From the NCBI RefSeq assembly GCF_009914755.1, contig NC_060947.1: 64,000 nucleotides of DNA; one strand, 5' to 3'. Source of the DNA: the human T2T-CHM13v2.0 reference genome, Homo sapiens. Position numbers and translations under genes: made by a program. Numbering within the stretch: position 1 is the first letter of the stretch; the number at the start of each line of letters is the position of its first letter. Below are positions 1 through 16,610 of this stretch, piece after piece. The notes under the pieces were generated by a model. The model worked only from the letters and a program-made list of their open reading frames with translations, did not search any database and was not told the origin of the DNA.

Positions 1-2
1 TT

Positions 3-356
<354 letters not shown>

Positions 357-431
357 TGATTATTAGTCATTTCCTAGTATATTAAGCAATCCAAAAATTT
401 TAAAACTTAAATGTTTAAATGGAATAAAAAT

Positions 432-1120
432 TGCTGGTGGGAATGTATAATACAACCACTATGGAGATTCCTTAAAGAACTAAAAGTAGAACTACCATTT
501 GATCCAGCAATCCCACTGCTGGGTATCTACCCAGAGGAAAAGAAGTCATTATACGAAAAAGATGCTTGCACACGCATGTTTATAGCAGCACAATTCGCAA
601 TTGCAAAAATGTGGAACCAACCCAAATGGCCATCAATCAAGTAGTGGATAAATAAAGTGTGGGGTGTGTGTGTATATGTGTGTGTGTATATATATGTATA
701 TATGTGTGTGTGTATATATATCTATTTCATCATATATATGATGGAATACTACTCAGCCATAAAAAGGAGTGAATTAATGGCATTTGCAGCAACCTCGATG
801 ATATTGAAGACCATTATTGTAAGTGAAGTAACTCAGGAATGGAAAACCAAACATTGTATGCTCTCACTCATAAATGGGAGCTAAGCTATGAGGATCAAAA
901 AGCATAAGAATGACACAATGGACTTTGGGGACTCAGGGGGAAAGGGTGGGAAGGGGGTGAGGGATAAAAGACTACAAATTGGGTGCAGGGTATACTGCTT
1001 GGGTGATGGGTGCACTGAAACCTCACAAACCACCACTTGAGAACTTACTCATGTAACTAAATACCACCTGTTCCCTGAATAACCCATGGAAATAAAAAAT
1101 TTTTTAAAAATGAAAAAAAA
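432..1120 (+). mobile_element. L1 3' fragment (L1PB-like), ORF2 C-terminus plus 3'UTR, interrupted by a (TG/TA)n tract at ~660-740
   Basis: Translates [14 protein letters not shown]...CTRMFIAAQFAIAKMWNQPK; 3'UTR gggataaaagactacaaattgggtgcagggtatactgc; A-rich tail. Confidence 0.9.
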
Positions 1121-2239
1121 TTAAATAGAAATTAAATTAAACTAAATTAAACTTAAATAAGTACAAGTAAAATTTTAAATACAAATTCAAAAATAGATCA
1201 AATAAATAAGAATTTAAATAACAATTGAGTTAAAATTTATATTAAATATTTAAATTTAAATTCAAAAGCAAAAAGCAACAAATTGCTAAAACAATTCCAT
1301 CATATGATTTGATTATATATCTGTACATATATGTATAAATAAAAAATATATATGTATAATACATATGTAGGTGAGATATGTTGAATGATTTGACATGAGA
1401 GGTAAAATCATATAAAGTAGTGAAAAGGGAGTTTGGAAGGCCAGAAGGGACATATGAAGGGTTAAATGAGTGGTAGCTCATCTTTAAAATATATTAACTA
1501 TAAGTATGAAATTGGACTTGAAGGATTAAAAAAATAAATTGGTTAAAACTTCTAAAAATGCTGAAAGATAACTGTAAATGAAAGTACATTAAAATATTTT
1601 AAAAATTTAGTTTAAACTGAAAAGTAATTCTGATATGATTATTGATAATGAAATATGTAGTTCTAAATGTATTTAATGTGCTTTATTAATTATTAAATAG
1701 ATTGTATAGGAAATGCACATGTAACCTATTATCAGATACTAAGGTGGAATAGTTCTGTTAAAGCTGTTTAAATAGTCCTTGGAACACTCTAAATGCCATT
1801 TAAAAAATAAATCAGAAAATTTATGTATTGCCTTTGATGAATTAACAGAGCCATTATGTGTGTGTGCATGTGTGAGTTTGTGTGTTTCAAATCTGGCTAT
1901 TTCTTACCTCTCTTCCCTTAACCATTGCGTTCTGACCAATGAAGAGAAGAGCAGATTTAGTATTTTCCATTTTAGTGCTATAATTCTGTTAATGCAGCGC
2001 CTGTTTGGTTCCCAAGTGACATGTGTCTTATCTTAGCTTTCGTTCCACTGATACTGCCACATATTTTTCACTAGAACTGATGTTAATCAAACTTTCTCTG
2101 ATTCTGCTGTTGTGCAGCTGATCTTTTTTTGAACCTAAGTACTAGATTTTTCCCCTGGTTACATTTTATCTTGTTTTGTAAATTATGTTGTATTGTTTGT
2201 TATGTATTAGTTAAGTCTGCTCTGCTTTACTGGAAACCT

Positions 2240-3060
2240 CTTGTCAAATCAAGGATGCGGCTTCTACCTTAGTCCACTGCAAAAATAAGTAAAAAAGAAG
2301 AGTCAAGTTGATATAGGCCATAAGCAGGTCCAGCTCACATACAGGCCAAGAGTAGAGGTTTAAGTTTGTTGGTCGGAACAGGGAACACATGTTGCATGAA
2401 ATGCAAATAATAAAGAAGATACAGAACTCCAAGAGTGATTATTAATGTACACTCTGGAACCTCCATATCTAAATGAGCATTCGTCTTTGGGAAGATCCAT
2501 CTTGGAAGCTTAAATGTAAGTTCTAATTAAGCTAAACTTGCTCAAGAGTTTCAGAGTCACTCTTAAAAGTTCCTTCAGAAGGAGGAACAGAAGTAACAAG
2601 AAAGAAGAGGTCTTAGAGGTGCCAATTTGAGGAGATCTTAAGTTTCCCAAAGAGGCTATTGAAGTTCCAAATTACCCTCAGCAAAATTGTACCAACAAGA
2701 AGGAGGTGGACAGAGTTGGTGGAGCATATAGTGAGCAGGGGTTCAAGAAAGGGGGCTCAGTCAATTGAGAAGCTCCTATGGGAGATGAAGGATCAGATAA
2801 AGAAAACAGAGAGACCTCACAAAGTGCCAGAAAAAAATTTTCAGCCCAGGTAGTCAGGAAGTAAATTCCTACTCAAAAGAAACAGCCATGAAAAATCTTC
2901 CAGTCCTGCAGGTACCTTTCTAACAAAGAAGCCCAGACCTCTAACCCAGCTTCTGCTTGTCTGGGACTCTAACCTAACTTCTTACAGAGAAACCTAGGAC
3001 CCTAACCCTATGCTTGACAGATAACTCATATCTAATAAGTATTGATTATGCTAACCAAAC
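2240..3060 (-). mobile_element. Degenerate ERV1-class (MER4-group-like) internal fragment with gag relic
   Basis: Reverse strand of 2631-2677 reads GNLELQ*PLWET*DL, resembling the gammaretrovirus-like Gag matrix WPxxGTFD motif; boundaries approximate. Confidence 0.45.
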
Positions 3061-3619
3061 TGATATGGCACTTGTATTCCCATGCCACTACACAGAGGTG
3101 CTGCAGTATATCCTAATATATATTTTATAAATCATTATTTTAAAAAGTTCCTTCACAGCCAGCTTACAAGTAACAATAAAATTAGCCTTTGCTGTGAGAA
3201 AATAAAAAGCAAAATTGTGAAAAACAGCAAAATAAAATATATCAGGAATACTTTCTAAAATTAATGTACCTTGAATTCTGGTACTCCAGGAAAAGCAGCT
3301 TTCATCAGAAGAAAATATGGAGGTAGTCAAAGTCTTTCGTCAAATTCTGAAGGGGGCTTCTAAGCACTTTCAAGAGTTTTCAAGATTGGCGTTCTTGGCT
3401 TTTTATTATATCTAAGTCCACTTCAAATCTCAATAGCATTTATTTTCTTTGATAAAGTGATTCTAACTCCTCTTCTGTTTGATGTGGATAATCTTAAAGT
3501 TTTTCTCCAGTTCTAGAATGCTTTGTTTTGTAATAAGAAGCAAATTATATAATCAGTGGGTTTTTTGGAGATCCTGAATGGCATTGGGCAGTAAAGCAGG
3601 GGATGAATATGGGAGTGAG

Positions 3620-3700
3620 GAGAATGAAAAAGAGGGAGGAGGGATAAAGGAGGGGCGAGGGAGGAGGGGGAGGGGAGATGGAGGGGGAGAGGGAGCAAGA
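3620..3700 (+). repeat. GA-rich polypurine low-complexity tract
   Basis: gagggaggagggataaaggaggggcgagggaggaggggaggggagatggagggggagaggg. Confidence 0.85.
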
Positions 3701-5112
3701 ATGTGCACAAATAAAGGTTTTTTATTAAAGGTCACCAGAAGGGAGTTGGAAATGAAAAAGAATGAAGAAGAGAATGTGATTGGAAAGGATGCATATGAGA
3801 AGCAAATGTCTATAGTTAACTGGGCTGCAAGAAGAGTTAATTGGGTGGGAAGGGAAAGGCAAGGTGGATTGGAAAGAAGGAGGAAGATGGGCCAAGAAAC
3901 CTCACATTAGACACTGCTCCACATTAGACACCAAAGACCAAACAAATCAGATGAGTTTTAGCTGCTTCTTGGCATTGGAGAGAGGAGGGGAAAGGAAACA
4001 GTGGGTATCCATGTATTTTTATGTACTGGTCAAATCCAATGTTCATTAATTGAGTCATGAATGCATTATTTGTTTTCAGATATCACATTGAGAAACCTCA
4101 TAATGGAAGCATAGCATTAAGCATTATAAAATAGAATAACACAGACATTAATGAAGCCCCTGCATCAGACAGAGGTATTGTAAGATTCTTTCCACCTGTC
4201 AAGGGATTGTAATAAATGGGACCCTACAAGCTAGCCTTGGCCTTCCTGAAGATCAGCAATCTTATGGATTCTTTGTTGTGGGTAATGAGACCCAAGAATG
4301 TCAGCATATATATTAAGATTGATTGAAAACCAGGTGACCTCAGGGACAAAGGCATTTCTTTTGCTAATTTAATCAGTAATAGTTTCAAAGGCTTTTAAAC
4401 CTCAGGTTCCTACACAAACAGCTCCTGCCAGGTAGATAACAGAGGGAGCCTGTTCTCTTTTGAATACTTAGCCATGAATTACAAGCATCAGTTGGACAGA
4501 AGAGATTGAATTCCTATAGGTACTATCCAGATCATAAAAAGGTATTAAGGCTTGCCCTCTATTCCTGCTCCATCAGCATGAAGAGAGGTTTCTAAGAGTC
4601 TTAACTCACAAAAAAAGCAATTCACCATTTTGTTCAAAGCAAAATCATAACCATAAATTGCTCTTACGTAGCAGTTTGTGCCTTTTTGTCTGTTTGATCT
4701 TGATAATACCACTATTCTGTTTGATCTTGATAATATGCCAAGGTAGGGGCAGGCAAGTTTCTAAAATAAAGTCATGAAATTTTAAAACATTAAGTGGTTA
4801 ATCTAAGGTCATTCTGAGCAAGTTAGTTACAGAATCCAGACAGAGTGTAGAAGGCTTGATGCCTATTCCAGTATTCAGGACAGTCAGAATATCCAATGTC
4901 AGGCTTCTCATCAGAATTCAATTTTTATTTCATTTTATTTGAATTAAGTTCTTGCAACGGTGATGAAAAAAGGCATCCAATTCAACCACACACAATTATT
5001 GCTCACCTAAAGTGTTCTAAATGCTACTTTGGGGTTACATTACAATAAACTAGACACAGTCCTTAACTTTAAGTTTATTGTCCAGAATGAGAGATAAGAA
5101 AACAGAAAAAGA

Positions 5113-5340
5113 GGTCAGGTGTGGTGGCTCATGTCTGTAATCCTGGCACTTTGGGAGGCTCAGGTGGGAAGATCACTCGAGTCCATGAGTTCAAGACCAG
5201 CCTGGGCAACATGGTGAGACCCCTGTGTCTACAAAAAATTTAAAAACTAGCTGGGCATGGTGGTGCACTCCTGTAGTCCCAGGCTGGGCGACAATGCATG
5301 ACCCAGTTTCTAAAAAAGTTTTAAAAATAAAAAAAAGAAA
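5113..5340 (+). mobile_element. AluJ-type element with internal deletion of the right arm
   Basis: Left arm intact; right arm jumps from cctgtagtcccag directly to gctgggcgaca; A-rich tail. Confidence 0.9.
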
Positions 5341-5667
5341 ACAGGAAAATAAACAGTTAAATGAGTTAAGTTTTCCAGGTGGAGAATGTGGCAACTGGTA
5401 TACCAGCTTATTTGCTTACTTCCAATGATTTACTCTCTTTCTATATATATTAAGCAGCTACTATCTGCCATGTACTGTACTCCTCTGTGCTGGGAATGCA
5501 TAGATGGAAAGGTACGTGATTCCTTCTCTCTAAAATCTCTGGGAAATAAATACATATGGAAATAGCCAAAGGCTTTGCAACGAGGTTATTTCTAGGGCAA
5601 AGAAATGTACACACAAGGAGCAACAGGATCACAGAGAAAGGAGCTGTCAAGTCTACCTGGGGAGTGA

Positions 5668-6900
<1,233 letters not shown>

Positions 6901-6924
6901 TATATATGAGATATATATATATTA

Positions 6925-7030
6925 ATAAATATCTGTTTGTTTATCTCTTGTTAATGTGTCTCTTGTAACAGGGTCCCAGCCTGGAATTGAAAAGAGTAGA
7001 AGGAAAAGGGATTTCTTTCTCTTCCCTACA
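6925..7030 (+). mobile_element. 3' end of an ERV1 (MER4-group-like) LTR
   Basis: aataaa...ttgttaatgtgtctcttgtaacagggtcccagcc...ttctcttccctaca terminus ending in CA. Confidence 0.55.
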
Positions 7031-7425
7031 TTACCTTACATGGCAAAAAGGTCTTTGCAGATGTAATTAAGTTAAGGCTCTTGAGATAGAAAGATGATCC
7101 TGGATTATTCAGGCGGGCCCAATGTCATCACAAAGGTATTTTAAGGGTGAGGCAGGAAGGTCGGGGTAGAGAAAGAGATATGATGACAGAAGCAGTAGTT
7201 AGAGAGATTTAAAGACACCTTAGTGTTGGTCTTGAAAATGGAGGAAGGCACCAAGAACCAAGGAATACAGGTGACCACTAGAAGCTGGAAAAGGCCAGGA
7301 AACAGATTCTCCCCTAGAGCATCCAGAAGGAAGGCAGTAATGCCAAGCTATTTTGGATCTCTTGTTATGTTTTAAGCCACTAAATTTGTATTAATCTGTA
7401 ACAGTGTCAATAGGAAACTAATACA
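7031..7425 (+). mobile_element. MLT1D-like MaLR solo LTR lacking its 5' start
   Basis: ttaccttacatggcaaaaaggtctttgcagatgtaattaag...gaagctggaaaaggccaggaaacagattctcccctagag...ggaaactaataca. Confidence 0.85.
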
Positions 7426-7721
7426 AGAGCAAACAGAGAAATAAAGAATTAAGTTTTACATGTTGAGTTTGAGTGCCTGTGGTGTACCCACTTGGAATTC
7501 AAACCAAACGAGAGTAAAACATATTGAATTCAGAGTGTGCAGCACATAGGTCATGGCAGATGCCAAGGGGATGGAAGGGGTTATCACCTTCCATCTAGTT
7601 CTAGCAAGAACTAGAAAGCAGCTGGGGTCACACCCTGGAAAACAGCAACTTTAAATAATTTCACAAAGGAAAATGGTAAGCAAAAGAAATGAGAAAGAGC
7701 AGTCCAAGAAGTGGAAGGAAT

Positions 7722-8002
7722 TTTTAATTTTTTTTAGACAAGGTCTCACTCTGTCACCCAGGCTAGAGTAGTGTGATCATGGCTGTCTGCAGCCTCAACC
7801 TCCCAGGCTTGGTGGATTCTCTCACCTCAGCTTCCCGAGTAGCTGGGACTACAGGCATGCACTACCACACCTGGATAACTTTTTGTAGAGACGAGGTCTC
7901 CCCGTGTTGTCCAGGTTGGTTTTGAACTCCTGGGCTCAAGTAATTCTCCTGCCTTGGCCTCCCAAAGTGCTGGGATTACAGGCATGAACCACCACGCCTG
8001 GC
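7722..8002 (-). mobile_element. AluJ
   Basis: Antisense Alu with J-type features (tgatcatggct, ctcctgggctcaag), within L2-like sequence. Confidence 0.9.
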
Positions 8003-8481
8003 GAGGTAGGAAACTTTGAGAAGGCCATATAATAAAAACCTGGGTGAGGTAGATAGAAAGGAATTGTCAGAAAAGTTAAGTCTATTTCGAGGTCAGTTGG
8101 GAAAAGCTCAGAGAAGAGGACATTGGATTGGACAATATGGCAGGTTTTCAATAATGTGGGCAAAAGTAGCTCCAGTAAAGCTGTGGGATGAAAGCCAGAT
8201 AAGGTAGAAGAGTGAATGGAAGGTAGGGGAAGTGGAGACAATGATAGTCCATAATTTCTAGAATGCAACCAGATTTCTCTTGAAAGCTGGGTGAGCAACA
8301 GGGCTAAAGCTGGAAGGATTGAGGAAGAGGTATATGAGTACTTGCTTGTTTGCTTATTTTGGAAGTTGGAGGTTATTGGAGCATGTTGCAGGCTGAGGGG
8401 TAAAGATAGTAAAATGTGAGGATCAAGACTGGGCTCTCGGGAAGCCTCAATTTTAAGAGCAACAATTTCTAGAGAGTCCTA

Positions 8482-8796
8482 TTTTTCTTTTCTTTGTTTT
8501 TTTTTTGAGATGGAGTCTTGCTCTGTTGCCCAGGCTGGAGGGCAGTGGTGTGATCTTGGCTCACTGCATCCTCCGCCTCCCAGGTTCCCAGGTTCAAGCG
8601 ATTCTCCTGCCTCAGCCTCCTGAGTAGCTGAGACTACAGGTGCAGGCCACCACGCCCAGCTAACTTTTGTATTTTTAGTAGATACGGGGTTTCACCATGT
8701 TGGCCAGGCTGGTCTCGATCTCCTGACCTCAGGTGATCTGCTTGTGTCAGCCTCCCAAAGTGCCAGGATTATAGGCATGAGACACCATGCCAGGCC
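8482..8796 (-). mobile_element. AluSx-like
   Basis: Full antisense dimer; TSD agagagtcct 8471-8480 / agagagccct 8797-8806; internal 8-bp duplication cccaggtt. Confidence 0.95.
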
Positions 8797-9256
8797 AGAG
8801 AGCCCTTCTTTATTCATGTACTCATAACATGAGCCCAGCTCCTAATAGTCTTTCAAGTGTCCATTAGCTGAGAAAATTAGATATCCTCTCCATCCTGTGG
8901 CTTTCAGAATTTATCTCATTAATTTCTATCCATCACCAGGGCTCTGATGGTGGGAGGGGTGTGGAGGTGTGGAGAATTGAAAGTAGGGATTGTATTTGTA
9001 TACACTGCAGGCAGCATCAGAAAGAAGTAAAAAGCTTGATCTAGGCACTTAGTCCTAAATAGAGAGATAAATCTTTTAAATTGTTTTGGGAGTTAAGCTA
9101 AACTAATTGTTGAAACATTAATTTCAGCCAGGAGTATATTTTTAAATAGAGTTGGGAAGAAGAGAAGCAATGACTCCAACCAGACTCAAAGAAACACAGA
9201 TGAAAGAAGTGACAATGCATTTCTGAGTTCCTTTACACCAGATTGTGTGTTTACAG

Positions 9257-9587
9257 CTGCGGTCCCCAAACTTCTTGGCACCAGGGACCAGTTTTGTGGA
9301 AGACAATTTTTCCATAGATGTGGTGGTAGGGGGATGGTTTCAAGATGAAACTGTTCCACCTCAGATCATCAGGCATTAGTTAGATTCTCATAAGGAGTGC
9401 GCACCCTAGATCTCTCTTGTGCGCAGTTCACAATAGGGTTCACACTTCTATGAGAATCCAATGCTGCAGCTGATCTGACAGGAGGCAGGGCTCAGGCGGT
9501 AATGCTTGCTGGCCTGCCACTCACATCCTGCTGTGTGGCCCAGTTCCTAACAGGCCATGGACCAGTACCGGAGGTTGGGGACCCCTG
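9257..9587 (+). mobile_element. MER1B (hAT-Charlie MITE)
   Basis: Termini ctgcggtcccca...tggggacccctg; perfect 8-bp TSD gtttacag at 9249-9256 and 9588-9595. Confidence 0.93.
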
Positions 9588-10639
9588 GTTTACAGTTTAA
9601 GCTGAGAATTAAGAATTGAAGTGGCTTAAATAAGTGAAGGGGAAAAAGAGAATCAAGCTTTTGCCTGAGTTAATCAAAATGACGTTCTAAAATATCAAAT
9701 CTCCTTTAGTTTGTGAATATGTGGGTTTTCAGTGATGGAAATGAACAATGAATGCACTTTCCACTTTTAAAAAAGTGTAAGGAGTAAGAGTTATATATGA
9801 AATAAAATCTCCTTTCCTAGCTTCATGGGAATTTGCCTCAAACACCTAGGGAAGTGATATCCCCAGAGTATACCTTGTGATGTGCAGGCTCCTTGAAAAT
9901 AATATTCTTAAGATGGTGACCTCAAAGAAAGAGGGCTCACATTGCTGTTTGTAGGTTTAAATTTGATAAATGTGTTATGGATATTGAACACGAAAGAAAA
10001 ACAGCAAATTCATTTTAGTGACCTGAGAATATTTCTCAGAGTCTTTCTAGTGCATCATATGACATTAATTCATTGTTGCTGAAGTCCCCAAATATTCTAT
10101 AACTCTTGTCAAGTTCAAAGGTAATTTCAAACCCACATTTGCTTTTGTGGGTTTAAAATAGCAGCTTTCTAATGACTTCCATCACTACACCTCTACATGT
10201 AAAGAAGTGGTATTTAGGATGATCTTTTGGATCACTGGTAATACATTCCAATATGTTTGATTAGTGTTATTAGTTGTTCTTGGAGATATGATTTTCCATA
10301 TGTAAAGCAATAGTACATTTTCAAAATATCAAAAGATTAAGTTGTTCTATAAAGCTCTAAAGGTGTTTTAAGAACTCTGGACCACTTCTATATCTGCAAG
10401 TAGTACAGTACTTTTCCTAATACAGTACATTGGATTGCTCGAAAATCATTTATCTTTGCCATTTTAAATGCCCATCTCACATGCAAATAATCTGTGTATG
10501 AGTCACTCACCCATCAGGATGCTTTTTTGTGTGTGGAACAATGACTTATAAAGTACACCTCTGAAACACGAGTCCACACAGATGAATGAAGCATAAATTC
10601 GGCCTCAGGGATAACAAAAGAATTTGCATCTGCATCTCA

Positions 10640-11030
10640 GCGTAAAGTGATTCAGGTGCTTCTTGAATTTCATATTTTGGTTAATGACATTGCCACCCTG
10701 TCAATTGCTCAGGATCGAAACCACCAAGTCATCATGAAATCTCTTTTCTTCCTCACACCCCACATCCAATTAGCTGCCCAATCCTGTTAATTCTATGACC
10801 TCAATGTGTTTGGCATCTGACCCTTCCTGTCTGCCGCCCTTAGTTCCTCCTGCCTGGATTTTGTCATGGCCTTGGAATTGGTCTCCCTGGCTTGGGCAGC
10901 ATCCTTTCTTCGTTACTTCTCTCCATTGCCACCTTGTTTCTCTTCCTATGATTTAGATTACATCATTTTCTTCCTCAAAAGATGCGAGGAATTGCTATTA
11001 CCAACAGCATGAAGTGCAGGATCCTCAGGC
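10640..11030 (+). mobile_element. L2 fragment
   Basis: cctcacaccccacatccaat...aattctatgacctcaatgtgttt...ggtctccctg, typical L2 3' region. Confidence 0.6.
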
Positions 11031-11352
11031 CGATATTCAGATTACAACAGTGTAGCCCATGGGCCAGTGTGGTCAGTGAACCCCTTGGTATGGTTCATGA
11101 TGGAGATACATAGAGAAATAGGGAGTAGTCATTAAGAAACTTTCCTAGGCATTCTTTTATTTTTTCCCACATTTGTTCTGATTATATTATTGAGATGTAA
11201 TTATGCAGCTGTTGAATCTAGTAATATAGTTTTAAAATTTTGTAGCTTTTAAAATAATTTTTTATACTTTTTCTAGTAATTTACTTTTACTGCTGAAAAA
11301 TATATGTATCAGTATATGATCAATCAAAAATTTAAAACAGTAATCATTTGGG

Positions 11353-11530
11353 AAGCACTGTTCAAACTGTGGCCCTGCCCGGCAGCATCAACATCACTTG
11401 GGAGCTTGTTAGACAAGCAGAATTGCAAGTCCTACCCCAGAACTACATACACAGAATTTCTGGGGGTAGGTGCCAGCACTTGGTGTTTTAACAAGCTCTC
11501 CAGGTGCATGCTAAAGTTTGAGATACACTG
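11353..11530 (+). mobile_element. MER5A (hAT-Charlie)
   Basis: gcagcatcaacatcacttgggagcttgttaga...ttttaacaagctctccaggtg...aagtttgagatacactg. Confidence 0.85.
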
Positions 11531-11564
11531 ATCAACAATCTTTCCACCACTTCTTGGACACTCC

Positions 11565-11701
11565 CTAGCCCCTGATGGCTATTAAGCACTTGAAATGTTG
11601 CTAGCGTGACTGAGAAACTGAATTTTTAGCTGTATTTAATTTAATTCAAATCTGAATAGCCATATTGGACAGCTAGTGGCTGGCCATACTGGACAGTACA
11701 G
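11565..11701. mobile_element. MER3-like hAT MITE fragment
   Basis: tggctattaagcacttgaaatgttgctagcgtgactgagaaactgaatttt...ccatactggacagtacag. Confidence 0.75.
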
Positions 11702-12866
11702 TAATGGGAGTTCTGTTCCCATTACTACATTCTTAAATAGACAGCCACAGTGTCATCTTGGTGCCGTATTTCAAGATTTTCAGTTTATCTAGGAATATTT
11801 GTTCTCCAACCCCCGCACTTTCATACCAGTCTATTAAATTTATCCATTTTTTAATGTAAATCTCTATTTTCACCTCTTCCAAGAAGACCTGCAGGACCAT
11901 CCTTATTTAAATTTACTTCCCTCCTTGTTTTCCTCATCACCTTTTTTTCTAATTCTCTTATAGAACTTATTATGCTCTTCTTTGTACCTAAGTTACTTGG
12001 GGATGAGTTTGCCTCCCCCAGATGGAGAGCTGTTGGCTTAATTGTCCTTCTATCACGCAACAGCATCTAGCTGGTACTTTGCAAATGCGAGACACCCAAC
12101 AACCATGTAATTGAATTAAATGTACAGGAAACCAGAAAGAAAAGTCCTCAACACCAACAATACATCCTAGTGTTCTTAGAAGTTGAGACAGATCAGAATG
12201 TTAACATACACAATTTAGTTTAGAATAGGAAAAATGTTAAAGCTATGGTGAAACATTTGTCACAGGATCAAAATACATTGTTATAAAAATAAACACAGCT
12301 TCATCATTTCTTTAGCAGCAGGAAAGCATTTTCCTTTGGCAATCCTCTACCTCCATCAAAATTGTTCCTTAACTAAATGTGAGATTAAAAACAGACTTGT
12401 AGCTCTTTTTTTTAAAAAAAAAAATGGCACTCCTATTGGCAGAAAGATATTCTTGCTGATATAAAAGCAGCTTTCCCATCAACTGGATGAAAAATTTTTG
12501 ACTTCAAAATAGATCAATATTTTGCTACAAATAAAAAATATTTATTTTTTATAAAAAGAATAAAATACAATTCATTCTGCTTTATTTCAGAGTTCTCTAC
12601 TTTATCCCGTTTTTACATAGCTATAAAATTAAAATACATGAAAGTAACCACACCAAACCAAACATTAAGGTGGTTAATAATTAAGTATATTCTGCCATCA
12701 GTGTAATAAACCTCATTAGATTTTTATAGGGATTACATACCCACACTGACTCACAAATACAGAACTCCAAAGAACTTACACTTCACAATGCCTTCACACA
12801 AAAGTGAATGGGAAACGTATGTTACTTTCCAACAATGGGCAATGGCAGCATTCATATGAGATTTGA

Positions 12867-15511
<2,645 letters not shown>

Positions 15512-15989
15512 GAAAAATACAAGTGTAATTCAACAAGCTCCCAGAGTCCACACAACACATATGATGTTCTCAAACTGTTCTAAGACAGTAGGAAAAGATA
15601 CAGGTTTATTGTGGACAGTTAACTTAGACAAGGAATAGGCTGGTAAGTCTAAAAAAGGGACACTATATTTATCTCAATAACCTACCATTTATTAGAAAAT
15701 GATGGCAAAATTTTTTAAGACTGAAAAAAGATACCACAGTAGAAAATACATAATCCTAGCTATGTTAAAAACAAATGTATGTTAAAGCATATAAAATTAA
15801 CTGAAACACCAAACTGTTAAAACTGGTTTCCCTTGAGTGCGTAGTAATAGTGGGGGTAATGAGGGATCTATTTTTTTTAAATGAATCTACTTTATATATT
15901 TTTTTAAATTTGAATATTGTATAATAAGAATGTTTCCACGTACTACTTGCATAACCAAAAGAATTATTTTAAGAAAATTAAAACCACTC

Positions 15990-16118
15990 TCTTTTCTTTT
16001 GTTTTTTCTTTTTTTCTTTTCTTTTCTCTTTCCCCTCCCCTCCCCTCCCCTCCCCTCCCCTCCCCTCCCCTCCCCTCCCCTCCTCTCTTCTCTTCTCTTC
16101 TTTTCCTTCTTTTCTTTT
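15990..16118. repeat. CT-rich microsatellite including (TCCCC)10
   Basis: Ten perfect TCCCC units at 16031-16080, at the tail position of an antisense Alu monomer. Confidence 0.95.
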
Positions 16119-16119
16119 T

Positions 16120-16236
16120 AAAATAGAGACAAGATCTCACTATATTGCCCAGGCTGGTCTCCCGGGCTCAAACAATCCTCTCGGCTAAGCCTCCCAAAGT
16201 GCTGGGATTACAGGTCTGAGCCACTGCACCCGGCCC
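16120..16236 (-). mobile_element. Alu left monomer (FLAM/AluJ-like)
   Basis: gagacaagatctcactatattgcccaggctggtct...ccactgcacccggcc; aaaaccact on both flanks. Confidence 0.85.
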
Positions 16237-16419
16237 AAAAACCACTTCTATCTAAAGAAAGGCAAAAAACCACTTTTCTTCCTAACAGGAATTTCCCCCC
16301 CTAAAATGTAGTATAAATGCAAGTTAAACAACTTAAAAAAATAAACAACTTTTTAAGGAAGACATAAAAATCAAACAGGACTCCCTAATGACCTCTGATT
16401 GACTCTTATTAATGATAAT

Positions 16420-16610
16420 AAATGTTGATATAATGCTTTACAGTTTAGAATTTGCCCTTTACATTCATTATCACAGTTCTTAATTTAATGGTGAAATAGG
16501 TATCACCATCATCATTTTACAGATGAGGAAACTGAAATTCAGGCATGTTATACCTTTTGGCTGATATCACCCAGGTTGCCAGAATTTGATCCAAATTTTG
16601 GTTCAAAAGC
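16420..16610 (-). mobile_element. MIR
   Basis: Core cattttacagatgaggaaactga. Confidence 0.75.

Noticed and set aside
1100-1760. Very AT-rich TTAAA-type stretch as a satellite or origin
   Set aside because: Low-complexity sequence continuing from an L1 tail, without a stable period
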